Positions 51,030 through 63,863 of a stretch of DNA of 64,000 nucleotides are shown here, piece after piece. The translations under genes and the position numbers were made by a program. The stretch comes from Botryllus schlosseri (Eukaryota), in NCBI GenBank assembly GCA_051294905.1, contig CM119371.1, forward strand, positions 26,166,001 through 26,230,000. Reading direction: 5' to 3'. The stretch's first letter is position 1. Every line of letters starts with the position of its first letter. Under the pieces are notes generated by a model that made no database searches, was not told the origin of the DNA, and was given only the letters and a program-made list of their open reading frames with translations.

Positions 51030-51798
51030 TCCTACTTCAACCACCTGCGTTTTATGGCGTAACAATAGACTAATACGATGTAGGCTACTATTATATCGTA
51101 GCAATGCCGCATTTTTTCATGCAGCGCTGCACTGCAGATTGAAACTCATTATGAAACGGCGGGCCGTATTCTTGTGATAACTAATTATTATGTCGCGGGC
51201 CGGACGATTTCGCTTGGCGGGCCGGATCCGGCCCGCGGGCCGTAGGTTGCCGACCCTTGGCTTACGACTTTACAGGTTTGGTTTAGGCTATGCTCATTGC
51301 GACAATACATGTGCGATGTGCATACAATACATCCGATACCGTTTTATACCGGTTGGTACGCTTCTAATTTTCACCACCATGTTACGTCACGTTCTATCGC
51401 TGTTCGCTCTCTGGAAAGGGCTGTAGTGTTCGGTTACGACTTTACAGGTTAGGTTTAGGCTATGTTATTTGTGACAATATATGTGCGATGTGCATACAAT
51501 ACACCCGATACCGTTTTATACCGGTTGGCACGCTGCTAATTTTCACCACCATGTTACGTCACATATATCACTGTTCGCTCTCTTGAAAGGGCTGTTAGCG
51601 TACGACTTCACATGTTTGGTTTAGGCTATGTTCTTTGTGACAATATATGTGCGATGTGCATACAATACACCCGATACCTTTGTTTACTGGTTGGTACGCT
51701 GCTAATTTTCACAACCATGTTACGTCACGTTCTATCGCTGTTCGCTCTCTCGAAAGGGCTGTAGTGTTCGGTTACGACTTTACAGGTTAGGTTTAGGC

Positions 51799-53014
51799 CA
51801 GTGGTTCCCAACCTTTTTCGACTCATCGCCCCCTTCTCAAGCTCCACTCCGATCATCGCCCCCCAAATATTGGGAACCGATAAATTGGCATACAAACTGT
51901 AATCTCTGGTCATTTGACTGAAAAAATGTCATTTCTCCCCCAAAAACGTTAGTCTTGGTCCCCCATATGGCGATAAACCAAACTTCTGGGGGGCTTCGTC
52001 CCTCAGACCCCTCCCCTGATACCACTTTACCGCTACTCCTAAGCAAAAATTGTTGGACTCTTTAGTTAGTCGGCTTAATTTGCGTGAAGCGTGAAAAATG
52101 TCTGTCATTCATGATTGAATCGGTCAATATGATCGGGAAATGCATATATATTGCTGTCAATTTTTTATCCTCTCTCTGTCATGTATTCGGATTTACCGGT
52201 AGAGCTGAGTGAGGCGTCTTGGAAAATGTAGGGCCCAGAAATAATAATTAAATATATTCGGGCGGACCCTTGGGTATAATGACTTCGTTATACGTGATGG
52301 CATTTCGTGGCATTTCTGCTATGTCAAAATAATATTCAAATCGCCCATACGTACTGAACTAAAAGACGCACACGATTTAAAATTAGTATTTCTGCACTGG
52401 CAATTAATTTTTCTCTATGGGGTGGCATTTGTCTTGTGGGGTTCAGATTGCCAGGACAGGGACATTTGGCGCCAGCCATTTATGCGCCTATGGACAATTA
52501 AACATATATGTATATCGTATATATATCGAAGTCGGTCAGCATAAAGGCTGTCCTTTTCCGCCAAGGTTTTCACGTTTTGGCACACTTCTCGGAGTCGCAT
52601 GTTATATGGCCTGAATTTTCATATGTCTTGCTGCGTCATGTTGTGGCAATGGCTGACGCCGTGATGCTCATTTCTATAACTCATGCTTATCATTTCTTGG
52701 GGGAAGGGTATCCAGTAAGCGAGAACTCTGGCCGCATTAAATCGCGCAAAGCGCGAAATTTTTTTGAAAAAGTTGCATATATTTCCAAAATAATACTCTC
52801 CAATTCAGGTTTATTCATGCAAAAATTTTGGGCCCCCTTCGAGTTCGGGTCCCCCATTCCAATCGGGGTTTGGAGCGCGACAGTTACGGTCCTAGACTCC
52901 AATATAGACGTTTTAACGCGTCATCGCCCCCTTCGTCCGTTTTCGCCCACCTATCGCCCCCTTCGCTATTTTCGCCCCCCTGGACCGCCTAATCGCCCAC
53001 GTTGGGAACCACTG
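51799..53014 (+). mobile_element. Composite hAT MITE (CAGTGGTTCCCAAC ends, body related to 43081-44038)
   Basis: TIR CAGTGGTTCCCAAC. Perfect TSD GTTTAGGC. Confidence 0.9.
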
Positions 53015-53837
53015 GTTTAGGCTATATGTTCTTTGTGCCAATATATGTGCGATGTGCATACGATACACCCGATACCGTTTTATTCCGGTTGACACGCTGC
53101 TAATTTTCACCGCCATGTTACGTCACATATATCACTGTTCGCTCTCTTGAAAGGGCTGCTCGCGTACGACTTTACATGTTTGGTTTAGGCTATGTTCTTT
53201 GTGACAATATACGTGCGATGTGCATACAATACACCCGACTATGTTTTTTACCGGTCGGTACGCTGCTAATTTTCACCACCATGTTACGTCACGTATATCA
53301 CTGTTCGCTCTCTTGAAAGCGCTGTTCGCTTACGACTTTACAGGTTTGGTTTAGGCTATGTTATTTGTGACAATATACGTGCGATCTGCATACAATACAC
53401 CCGATACCTTGTTTACTGGTTGGTACGCTGCTAATTTTCACAACCATGTTACGTCACGTTCGATCGCTGTTCGCTCTCTCGAAAGGGCTGTAGTGTTCGG
53501 TTACGACTTTACAGGTTAGGTTTAGGCTATGTTCTTTGTGACAATATATGTGCGATGTGCATACAATACACCCGATACCGTTTTATACCGGTTGGTACGT
53601 TGCTAATTTTCACAACCATGTTACGTCACGTTCTATCGCTGTTCTCTCTCTCAAAAGGGCTGTTCAGTTACGACTTCACAGGTTAGGTTTAGGCTATGAT
53701 CTTCGTGACAATATACGTGCAATGTGCATACAAAGATACAATACACCCGATACCGGTTGGTACGCTGCTAATTTTAACCAGCATGTTACGTCACGTCCAT
53801 CCCTGTTCGTTCTCTCGAAAGGGCTGTTCGCTTGCGA

Positions 53838-54536
53838 CAGGGCCGGCCAACTCGTGGCCCGCGAGAAGGTTTTGAGTGGCCCGCGAGGTCATTTCCGAAA
53901 TTTCTAATATCAAAAATGGATTGCACAGATTGTGAACTTGCAAGGCCAACCAAAAATTTGACTAGTTTGGCCGCAACACTTGAGATGTGATGACTAAAAT
54001 ATCAGTTCCGACGCATTGACAGATCCATCAGCCAGTCACATATTGGTATATCTTCGTACACTACAATTAAGCAGAATAATTTGCGATAGATTTATCAAAA
54101 GTAAAAATTTTCTGCAAGCTTAGCGCAACATGTTGTCACTCGATTCCTTGTTTTTAATATTGTTGCCCTTTTTGTGAAAACGGTAGAACGCCTGATGTAT
54201 CAGATTGAGTCTAACTATACTCGCGATTACGGGACAAAGTGTTGTTCAACATATGCGACTTTGCGTTTGCGCTCGCAGTAAGATCGTTGACTATGAAACC
54301 TAGGCACGGAAATATTGACGCATGTTGGTCGCAGTTTTCGATATCGATATGTCCATGCGCCGAATAGCCCTCGCAAACTTAGCCCAGCGATATACAGCAG
54401 GCCCGCAATATTGTCAAGTGACAATATTATTGACCTATGAACTTCAAAATTTTTTCGCGCTTCGCGCGGTAAGTGGCCCGCGCAGTATTTCGTCAATCGA
54501 ATGTGGCCCTTTGGCTGAAAAGGTTGGCCGGCCCTG
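53838..54536. mobile_element. hAT (Charlie-type) MITE
   Basis: CAGGGCCGGCCAAC...GTTGGCCGGCCCTG. TSD GCTTGCGA/GCTTACGA. Relatives at ~32840-33666 and from ~62676. Confidence 0.9.
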
Positions 54537-55697
54537 GCTTACGACATTACAGGTTTGGTTTAGGCTATGTTCATTGTGACAATATGTGTGCGAAGTGCAT
54601 GTGCAATTGTGCATACAATACACCCGATACCGTTTTATACCGTTGGCACGCTGCTAATTTTCACCGCCATGTTACGTCGCGTCCAATGATATATTATACA
54701 ATGATTGGAAACTGCCACGCCCCTTAACGTTATAAGAAATCAGTCTGTCGCGGGATATGCTTGAGCAGAGGTACGGGATTGCGTATGTCGACTGTGGTGG
54801 AGTGCTGCAATCGACCTTGCTGGAGTACTAATTCACTGATTTTTTCCCAGTCGGTTAAGTTTTTGTTGGTTTCTTGAGCATAGTGAGGCAGTGCTGCATT
54901 CTAGGACGTAATATAACTTTTAACAATGCACATTTATGAAAGTACCGACTAGCTGCGAAGCATTTTAGCATCGGTTGCAACCATGCATGTACGACACAGC
55001 CTAAAAAATTAATAGATACTGTGGGTGAGCGTCAATACAGATGTGCAGAGCCTAGAAGGATTGTTAAAAGAGGATTTGAAAAATTTCTGGCAGCATTTAC
55101 GTCACCTGATTTTTTAAAAGAGAAGGGTTGATTACGATATTTGTGTGAGCAACTAAGTTGTTTTAAATAGTATATATTGTAATATTGTGGGGCCGAATTC
55201 ACCAAAGGCCGAGTTCACTGGCAACCAAATGCTAACATATATAACTTTTTACCGGGTCAGGCCGTTAAATCCACATCAATGATGAGAATCGGCATTGTAC
55301 CAAACAATATTCAATCAGCAAAACAATGCATTATATGACACTGAGGATAATCACTCCATAGTTGGTATTGTTCACATCGACCTGGCGTGATCTGTCGTAC
55401 TCCTCTCAATAGTTGAATCTTTCACACCGGGGTGTCCGAAAACGTCTATCAATGCCCATTTATTCAAAATATACCTGGTAAACGTTTGGGCACTTCTTCG
55501 ATATAAACTACACGTTGTGAAGTGTTCCCCATGAATTGCCTGTAAACCTTGAAAATTACCAAGGAGTACTCGTTAAGAATGATAGCTGGAAGGATTGTAC
55601 AAAATAGATGATTTATGCATTTGCGAGCAACATTCTATGGCGTCTTATTAATTGAAAGGTTAGGAAATGATTTTGTAACCTTCATCATTGTATAGTG

Positions 55698-56945
55698 CAG
55701 TGGTCGGGAACCTATGGCTCGCGAGTCATATATGGCTCTTTTGGGTATACGATATGGCTCTTTGCCAAATATTTATTTTTTTACTGAATTGATCAATATG
55801 GCAGCGACTTGTTGGTAAATTTTCATCACGGCCAGAATAATTATTCTCGTGGCAGTATAAACATGTCTTAAAGAGGTAAAGACAATGTCGTTTTCAGGAT
55901 TAGCGGCTCGGACCCCCTCGTTTCAAAATCATCAAATTTAAGTTACTGTCACGCCTGCGGCCAATATCTCTCGCGAATTCTATGTACCCGACTCGAAATC
56001 TCTAATTGTGCGATACGTTGATTAATCAAAGAGCATAGCAGACATGGCGGCGCACATTTTGAAACGCAGTTTTCAGATACGATTGTCGTCCTGTCGTCCT
56101 GTTGTGGATGTGCAATTACAAACTCGAATTACAAACAACGTCGGAGGTTTATCTTGGCTCCTCTTCCCCCGCCGTTGCCGTTCTTATACGGCGACAAAAA
56201 AGCCCAGAAAAAGACCCGATGAAAGAAAACACTCATAAGGAATGGAAAGAACTAGTAGAAAGGGCCGCAGCTTTAACAAGATCAACATCGAAAAGAACTG
56301 TGACATGGGGTACTATCGGCCGATGTGGATGTTGGAATAAAAGGATCGCAACTGCGTGTCGTTCGACATCCTCCTGTCTGTTCATTATATCTCATTGTGT
56401 CTTATCGCACTGTACATTGTGTGTGCCTTGTTCAGATGAAATATACGACACAACACGATTATTGATATTATTGCTACCCACGTTCTTGATTGGTAGCCTC
56501 CGTATAGCTCTGTGTAGTACCGACGATAAAATGTACGGGTGTAGCGCAACATTATGTTACCGCCTAATACTTTGTGAATTGAGAAGTCGAAAAGTATCTA
56601 GGTTTTCGGAATCAGTGTGACAGTCACAGTCGAATAATATCAGTTATAGTATAATAAATTCTAGGCTACTTACGATGAATTGCGTTATCAATGGTGAGGC
56701 TTGGCACGTCTGTTCTACACCTCTCGTTTCGATTTCTATTTTCGAACAGTAGATACCAGTTTTTACAGAGAAAATATGGCGCACACGAGGAATCCCATGT
56801 AGTGACTTCGAATTAGTGTTACCATGACGTCACGAATTTTCAATTGTGACGTAACAGTTGATTGGAATGTATGGCTCTTTGGGAGTTGAGATGGACAAAA
56901 TAGGGCCAATATGGCTCTTCGGACAAAAAAGGTTCCCGACCACTG
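55698..56945 (+). mobile_element. hAT MITE (ATATGGCTC subterminal repeats)
   Basis: TIR CAGTGGTCGGGAACCT. Perfect TSD GTATAGTG. Confidence 0.95.
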
Positions 56946-57111
56946 GTATAGTGTGTACGTCTATGGTATTTTATGTATAACCTTCATAACTTTTCGCTAT
57001 TTGCATCACGCTTTATGACCTGAGCATGAGCATCAACTTGTATTTGTATGTACTGCTGCCTGAAATACCCAGGTTATTTTTTCAGCAATGTAACTCCACA
57101 ATCCTCCAATG

Positions 57112-59107
57112 CAGTGCTTTTCAACCTGTGTGACGGTTCGCACTTGTGCGAATGAAAAAAATTGCAGTGCGAATGACGAAGGTGGTGCGAATAGTGCGAA
57201 TGAAAATCCGGATCGAGTGCGAATGACGAAGGTAGTGCGAATGGTGCGAATGAAAATCCGGATCGAGTGCGAATGGAAATCGTGAATATTAATTGTTAAT
57301 TTTTTGACCTGGAATGATTCAAATAAACCTAATTGGAAATTCAAGGTCAGTGTAACTTTTGTTGTTGCGAGGAAATTGTAAAATCTTGTTTAAGTTACGA
57401 CGCACCACTAATCGTAGCTCTCACAAGCCGGAGTTAATTATTATATTTTCGCCCTATAATTATTACGTCACCAAAAACCTGGTTTGGAAGCTTGTGTAGT
57501 GGCAGACATACAGTATATCATCCCGTTTGAGCCTGCGACAGGCTGAAAAATAACATCAAATTGACTTTCTGCTTTATTTCGCTAAACAATCATCATACTT
57601 TCGTAATAACTGTTCGATTGGTGCGAGGCACGAGGATAGCAGTATATACCATCATTACAGACTCACACATGCAAGTTGCTGTAACGCAAATTTTCACCCC
57701 TTCAAGATTTATTGAAGTACAGTATGGACCGCAAAGGGTATAATTTTGGGTCGACACGGTGCCAGAGCTATCCTCTTACCATGTATGTAATATTTCTTGA
57801 ATTTACTGCAAAAAATCCTGTGATAGATTTTACAAATCCAAGGTCACGGTGTTGGGTACTGTAGCCAATGAGCGAGAACGCATAAAATATGGTTTTGTCA
57901 TAACAAATGATGATAAGATTTGTCCGACTGTTTTTCTGGAAAACAAGGTCGAAGACCGTTGGGATGAACTAGTGTAGGGGCTAGGGATGTGCAACGAGCG
58001 AGTTCAGGTCTATGAAACTCATTCATTTTGGGGCCAACCCCTTCTGCGTCGGAACACATGAATATACGTTAGGTTTTGGCCAACAAACCGCTGATAAAAT
58101 GCGGTGCCAAAACATAAGCGTCGACAAAACCTTGACCAAAAATGACCGATGCTGGGTGGCACCATTCATTCGATATCGATATGCTCCGTTGTCGGCACGG
58201 AATAATACCGATCTTGCAATCTGAGTAGACAGTAGTACAACTGCGTCTGCGACACGCAGAGGAATTTAATTCACCCTAATTTGAAATCGCGTGCGCCAGA
58301 CATATTTTGAAGAGCTGTGTTGGATAGAATTGTAGTGTGCGCGTGTTGTATGTCATACATGTCCGTAAAATCGTAGCATACCACTGTAATATATAAAATG
58401 AATTCCTTTCCATGGGTTTGCCTCGGGTCGCGAGATGCCCCAAAAACTCAGATTTTGGTGGTAGTCTAAAAGGCTGCTTTAACTGTTATGAATTCTCAAG
58501 ATAAATTGAGCTAAAGAGCAGAACACACAGTATTGTGAGTTCAGTTGCTCCTCCCACATACTCGCGTGACAGAAAATGGAAAATCGAAAAAAAAGGTAGC
58601 GAGCTCTAATTTGCCTACTCTCCTTGATCGTTTGGACCTTATTTTCCAAGACATAAAGGCAAAAGCCTCAACCCAAATAAGTGGGCTTTTCACTCTTTCG
58701 ACATGCTGGAGCATTCTAGACCTTTTTTTAGCTCTCAAAATTGATTTCGTCCAGCAAGCATTTTTCACTCGTGAAAAATACGATGTATTTTGGATAGCAG
58801 TGCAGAACAAATTTTAAGACCTGACCATCCAAGCACTAGTACACGTTCTTGTACAAAACCCAACAACTTGTTTGGCCGATAAGGGTTTTAGTGACATAGT
58901 TTAAATAAAAACCAGCGAAAATAGTAGCTTTTTTTAATGAGAAACTTGATACCTTAAGATACATAGTTGTCAATTTGTTGCACATCTGAACAAATAAATG
59001 TTGTATTTTCATCTTTTTTTGTATAATAATTTTCTGTTCGTTTGTGCGAATGAAATTTATTTTACAAAAAAAGTGCGAATGATGCTCGAAAAGGTTGAAA
59101 AGCACTG
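57112..59107. mobile_element. 2-kb hAT-type non-autonomous element with GTGCGAAT subterminal repeats
   Basis: TIR CAGTGCTTTTCAACCT. Perfect TSD CTCCAATG. Confidence 0.9.
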
Positions 59108-59938
59108 CTCCAATGCAAAATCTCTCTCTTGAATATGCTCATTTCTCATATATATTGCATATGCGGTAATACGGCTTGAATATTTACCTTGATTTCAATT
59201 GTAGTTTACTGGCAAAACTGTGACATAACAAATTCCCATTCTGTAAATGTCTAATGCATAAATCTTTTACAGGACCGTTATTAACATTTTTTATACATTA
59301 TAGTCCATTCTAACTTTCAAGAAAAGATTGTTCGTGTATTGAAACAGTCGCAAAGTAACCCACAACCGCGAGGAAATTGAAAAGAATTTATGGATCCTAA
59401 TAAAAGTGCAAATCATTATCTTATGGGATTCTGACACGGCGGGCAGTCCGTGAGAAGCAACCGTGTCATGTTCCACTCTGCTTCAGACATAGAGATATTT
59501 CCAAAGATTGTAGTCAAAATGAATAATACTTTGACGATTGGTGCCAGATTGGATTGATACTCATTGGATCGATTGATGCAGAGAAAAATAGTCTTGCTGA
59601 AAGACTATGCATATTATTCGAGTGCGAGAGGTGAGGAGATGGACACTACAATGCAATCTGTGGATAATTTCGTGTGCCTTGTGAATATGACAACCAAGTT
59701 CAGCTACAACTGCCATTTAAATGCGAGGCCCCATGATGGCATACGTGGCTGGAGCCAAACATGATCACAAGACATTAGTAAGCATACCCATTTGTGATGC
59801 GTCAGAAGTGAGGCGGTGCCTCACCTATCTACTAGATTTTTAACATTTTTACTTCCAAAATCACGCAACTTGCGTATTTATTGTTAGAAAATAAAATATA
59901 GTTCGAAACAGAGGCTAAGGCATTGTGATGGCGCAATT

Positions 59939-60215
59939 GTTGATGTTCGTGGTATTCATGGTGTCTGTCGACTATTATGGTCATTTACACCAGACTGATA
60001 TTCCTTATTTTTGATCCCGTATCTTCCGACTTCTAGCACGACACACTTCTAGGCTTTTTGTAAGAAACCGCTTACGCGGATGAGATGGCTAGTAGGAGCC
60101 TAGATAAACCTCCAACACTTAGGGAGGAATTCGGAAGTCGACATCGGTCGGACTTGAACCCACAACCCATTGGTTTTGTAGCTGTAGATTATACCACTAC
60201 GCTATCTCGTCACTT
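59939..60215 (-). mobile_element. tRNA-derived SINE (second family)
   Basis: Minus strand A box TAGCGTAGTGG and B box GGTTCAAGTCC. 13-bp TSD TGATGGCGCAATT/TGATAGCGCAATT. Confidence 0.85.
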
Positions 60216-61436
60216 TGATAGCGCAATTCATCGTAAATATCATAGAATGTATATTAACTGATATGATTCGAATGTAATTGTCGCACTGATTCCGATTCGG
60301 CTTCTCAATTCTCAGAGTATTCGGCGGTAACATTTGCGCAACACAACACGCCTACATTTTAACAGCGACTACAAAGTTACGTTGTCAATCAAGAAAGTAA
60401 ATAGCTATGGCGTTGTTTGTAATTTGAATTTGTAATTGTGAATGTCAGTTCCATGCCAGTTTATTTCTCGCCGGAAATCAGAAAGACAATGTATATTTGA
60501 AAACTGCATTGTGATACAGGCGCCGCCATGTCTCCTATAGTATCTTTGACCAATGAATGCATCGTGCAATTCAAGATTTCGTACCGAGTTATCGAATTTA
60601 CGAGTGATATTGGTCGCCGGCGCGACAGGAGCTTGTATTTGAGGATTTTGAAAAGGGGATCCGAACCCCTAACCGTCAATACGTCATTGTATTAACCTCT
60701 TAAAAACATTTTGATACTGCCACAAGAATAATTATAGTTCGCGGATATGTGGTGGTAATTTGGTCAAGTTCCATCGATACTATATACACGAGACACACCA
60801 TACCTTATTGTTGCTAAATCCGTACCCAACGCCACTGTAGGCACAGCAGATGGTAATTCTTGTGAGTTGAGTCTCGTGTTGCATCATGAAATGCTTCAGC
60901 AGTCAGATTTGATCCGCTATAACCGACAAAATAATATGAAGATCACTGGGGATTTACGGAGCAATGCCCTGCATTGTATTTAATCCCGGATTTCAACCCC
61001 AGATATGCAATGCCGCCACTGTCAACAAACTCGAACATTGTTTTAAAATAAAGGGATTAACATACTCACTCATGCAGTTCGCGCAGTACCCCAGAAAATT
61101 GCTATATTTTCAGTAGCATGTGAAATTGTATATTTTGAAGGTGTTTCGATCAATTTAGTTTACAAAATTGCCGCAGGGAAATGCAAATGCGAAATGCGAA
61201 CAGAAGGTACCATCGAAGGGTGTGACGTCACTTTCACTGGGGTTAGTGGTGATCCCCTGATCCACAACTAACTGTCCTATTCACCAGCAACCAAATTTCC
61301 AGATCATCTACATTTTGCCTCTTAGGCACTAACTTTTCCGACTATCCATGTTCCTGGAGATTTAACAGCAGAGCAGTCACGTATTCAATGTTCAATTTTA
61401 ATACACGATTGCCGAACCTCGGTATGCTAGATGTAT

Positions 61437-61721
61437 TAAGGTTACCATATTTTGGAAATCTGAAAAGAGAATTCTTAAAAATGGTAAATTTTTCTCACTT
61501 TGTGGCCGGTTGTCTCAAAAAAAAGACAACTTTCCACTCAGCTCCCGAAATCGCCGCCGTAGCGTCACTTTGGTGCTGATTTACGGCATGTTAGTCGAAT
61601 TTTGCTCTAAATATGACCAAACTTCTCAAAAAAGAGGACAAAGGGGCGTTCTCCGAGGACTTTTTCAAAAAAGTCAAAAAACAGGACAATTCCTCTTAAA
61701 AGAGGACGTATGGTAACCCTA
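61437..61721. mobile_element. hAT-type MITE (TAGGGTTACCATA termini)
   Basis: TAAGGTTACCATA...TATGGTAACCCTA. TSD AGATGTAT/AGATATAC. AGAGGAC repeats. Confidence 0.65.
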
Positions 61722-62380
61722 AGATATACGCCTGTGATTATTGTGGGTGTTCGCCATACCCGCAATTTCATCATCAGCACAAACTTGTTGGGTAATTGTA
61801 CGCTTCGAAAATTATGATTACTATGTATTACGCGAAACGGGACACAGCATAAAAACGTGGTCTCGTTGCACATGTCGATTTAGACGAGCACGCCCTTAGA
61901 AATACCATATCATCTCTTCTCTGAATTAGATGAGCAAATACTCGTTCTTCCGTGATGGTTTTGTAATCGGGACGCGGAATTGGACAGGGTTATTGAATTG
62001 GAATTCATTCCTGCGAGTGATCGTCACTCACGTCAATGAGGATTTTCGAGCGTTATAAATAGGGGAATGCAGAAGAGTAGCCCAATACGCCGTTAAACTC
62101 AACAAACAATTGTCGCGATGCGAGCTACTCAATGCGACGTCTGAACCCTATGGTGTTTTATGTTAAAGACAAAATTTCTGATTTGATAGGCGATTTCCAA
62201 TTTGTAATCATCTGTGCCGTGTATTCATTCTTCTCGTCTGCCTGATACTCTGGTATTCGCGAATTATCGAAACAAAAAAAGGTCCTGTCCCGCCCATAGG
62301 GTGATAAACCAAAGATGAACTCCCATCAAGCTGTACGTTTTTGCCGCCACTCAGCAGCCAGATATGTTGTACAGTCTAGT

Positions 62381-62660
62381 TTTTGTTGTTGTTTGTTTAT
62401 GATACTCATGGTGTTTCGACTACATTGGTCATTTTACACCAGACCGATACTCTTTATATTGATTCCGTATTTGCCGACTTGTAGCACGGCCCACTTCTAG
62501 GCTTTTAAGACACCGCTCACACGGATCACGTGGCGAGGAGGAGCCTAGATAAATCCCCAACACTTAGGTAGGTATTCCGGAGTCGACCTCGGTCGGACTC
62601 GAACCCGCAACCCATTGGTGCTGCAGCTGTGGATTGTACCACTACGGTATCTCGCCACAC
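62381..62660 (-). mobile_element. tRNA-derived SINE (second family) with (AAC)n tail
   Basis: Minus strand B box GGTTCGAGTCC and AAC-rich tail. Perfect 13-bp TSD TGTACAGTCTAGT (62368-62380, 62661-62673). Homologous to 59939-60215. Confidence 0.9.
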
Positions 62661-63579
62661 TGTACAGTCTAGTACAGGGGCGGCCAACCCGAGTACCGCG
62701 AGATGGTTTTGAGTGGCCGGCAAGTTAATTTTCTAAATTAGTCATATTATCAAAAAATGAATTACCGTGGTTTGTTTGTTTGTTTTATTAAAACATCATT
62801 GGCGCTTATCGCCTATACCAGACCTGGGCAAAGTGCGGCCCGCGAAGCTATTCTGCGCAGCCCGCGAAAGGTTGCTTCGAATTCAAAACATAAAACTTGC
62901 TTTTGGAATGACTAAAACCACAGACTGTATCAAATGAACAGGAAATACGTTTACTTTGAAGCCTGTTCATTAATATGCCACGATTACGCCGCCTACGTAC
63001 CTCGTATGCGTATTCCAGATTCAAAATAAAGGGAATGTGACAAAGTATGAGTAGCAATTGAAGTCACAAGAAATCACTCTATTCATATAGATTAGTTCAT
63101 ACCTTCTCTGTTGTCATTGTAAAGTTACGCATTATACGGTACGTGTTTCCAATTGTTACGTGATACATTTCCAAATCCCTAATTCGTAAAACAAGTCAAT
63201 CAGTGCTCGCGAATACTATTTGACTCATGACTCATCATATCTATCACCCATAAAGGATTAACGGGCATGCCAAAAAAGGTAGTCGAAAACTGAAATTCCA
63301 AGAAGTTTTAGGTTTAGACTTTAGAACACTAATTATTTGTATACTGGAGTCAGGGGTAAACCCATCCTTTTAGTTTTTGCCGAGCATGTCGCCAAGATTA
63401 AGGATTTTAATTAAAGTCGGTCTTATGACAAAAACACTAAACACTCGGTCAAGGGAGGGTGAAGTTCAGAAAAACTGAAAGCCTCGCTCAACCTACAGGC
63501 TATGTAAACTGCACACTGCTCGGAAGGCAGCGACCAAGACACAAAGCTCCTAGCGATTGCATATTCATTTCAGTGCAGT

Positions 63580-63863
63580 CAGTGGTTCTCGAACTGGGGG
63601 CCTGAAACCAACCAAAGGGTGGCGCGAAGCCGAAGTTGAAGCGACTAACATCCACCATAGTGTTTTTGCTCTGTGTATTGTCCGACTGTGATATTTCAGA
63701 ATTCGCTCATCAACACCCAGAACCTTCCATGGCATCAAACCATCCGTTGGAATTGCTAGCATTCTGGTTGCAATTTTTGATATTTTGTAATATATGATAA
63801 GAGGGCGCGAAATTTTTCACTATCATAAAGGGAGGCGTGCCTAAAAAAGCTTGAGAATCACTG
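63580..63863 (+). mobile_element. ~300-bp hAT MITE (CAGTGGTTCTCAAAC family)
   Basis: CAGTGGTTCTCGAAC...GCTTGAGAATCACTG and family homology. Confidence 0.7.

Larger units (their letters stand above)
48189..51259 (-). mobile_element. hAT-Charlie element remnant with a degraded transposase C-terminus (GTF2IRD2/Charlie-like)
   Basis: CAGGGGTCGGCAACC...GGTTGCCGACCCTTG and TSD GCTTACGA. Minus strand ~48370-48720 reads LPENF...LYPSLTSNAKEIASIFGSTYACEQ*..MKFTKSK. Confidence 0.9.
42351..54683. repeat. ~165-bp satellite, ~16 units in five blocks (42351-43080, 47879-48188, 51260-51798, 53015-53837, 54537-54683) separated by transposon insertions
   Basis: The unit CATACAATACACCCGATACCG...GGTACGCTGCTAATTTTCACCACCATGTTACGTCACG...CTCTCGAAAGGGCTGTTCGCTTACGACTTTACAGGTTTGGTTTAGGCTATG repeats head-to-tail. 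Confidence 0.95.

Noticed and set aside
52508..53020. 170-aa ORF (likewise the 172-aa ORF at 56102-56620)
   Set aside because: Essentially within MITEs, not conserved in sister copies, and no domain motifs.
42351..54683. Satellite as a snRNA/5S array, hammerhead ribozyme array or coding repeat
   Set aside because: No recognisable RNA-gene sequence, no CTGAnGA...GAAA core on either strand, and unit lengths vary by non-multiples of three.
55475..55540. Small minus-strand exon candidate (QFMGNTSQRVVYIEEVPKRLP)
   Set aside because: Splice-like sites only. No homology or linkage evidence from the sequence alone.
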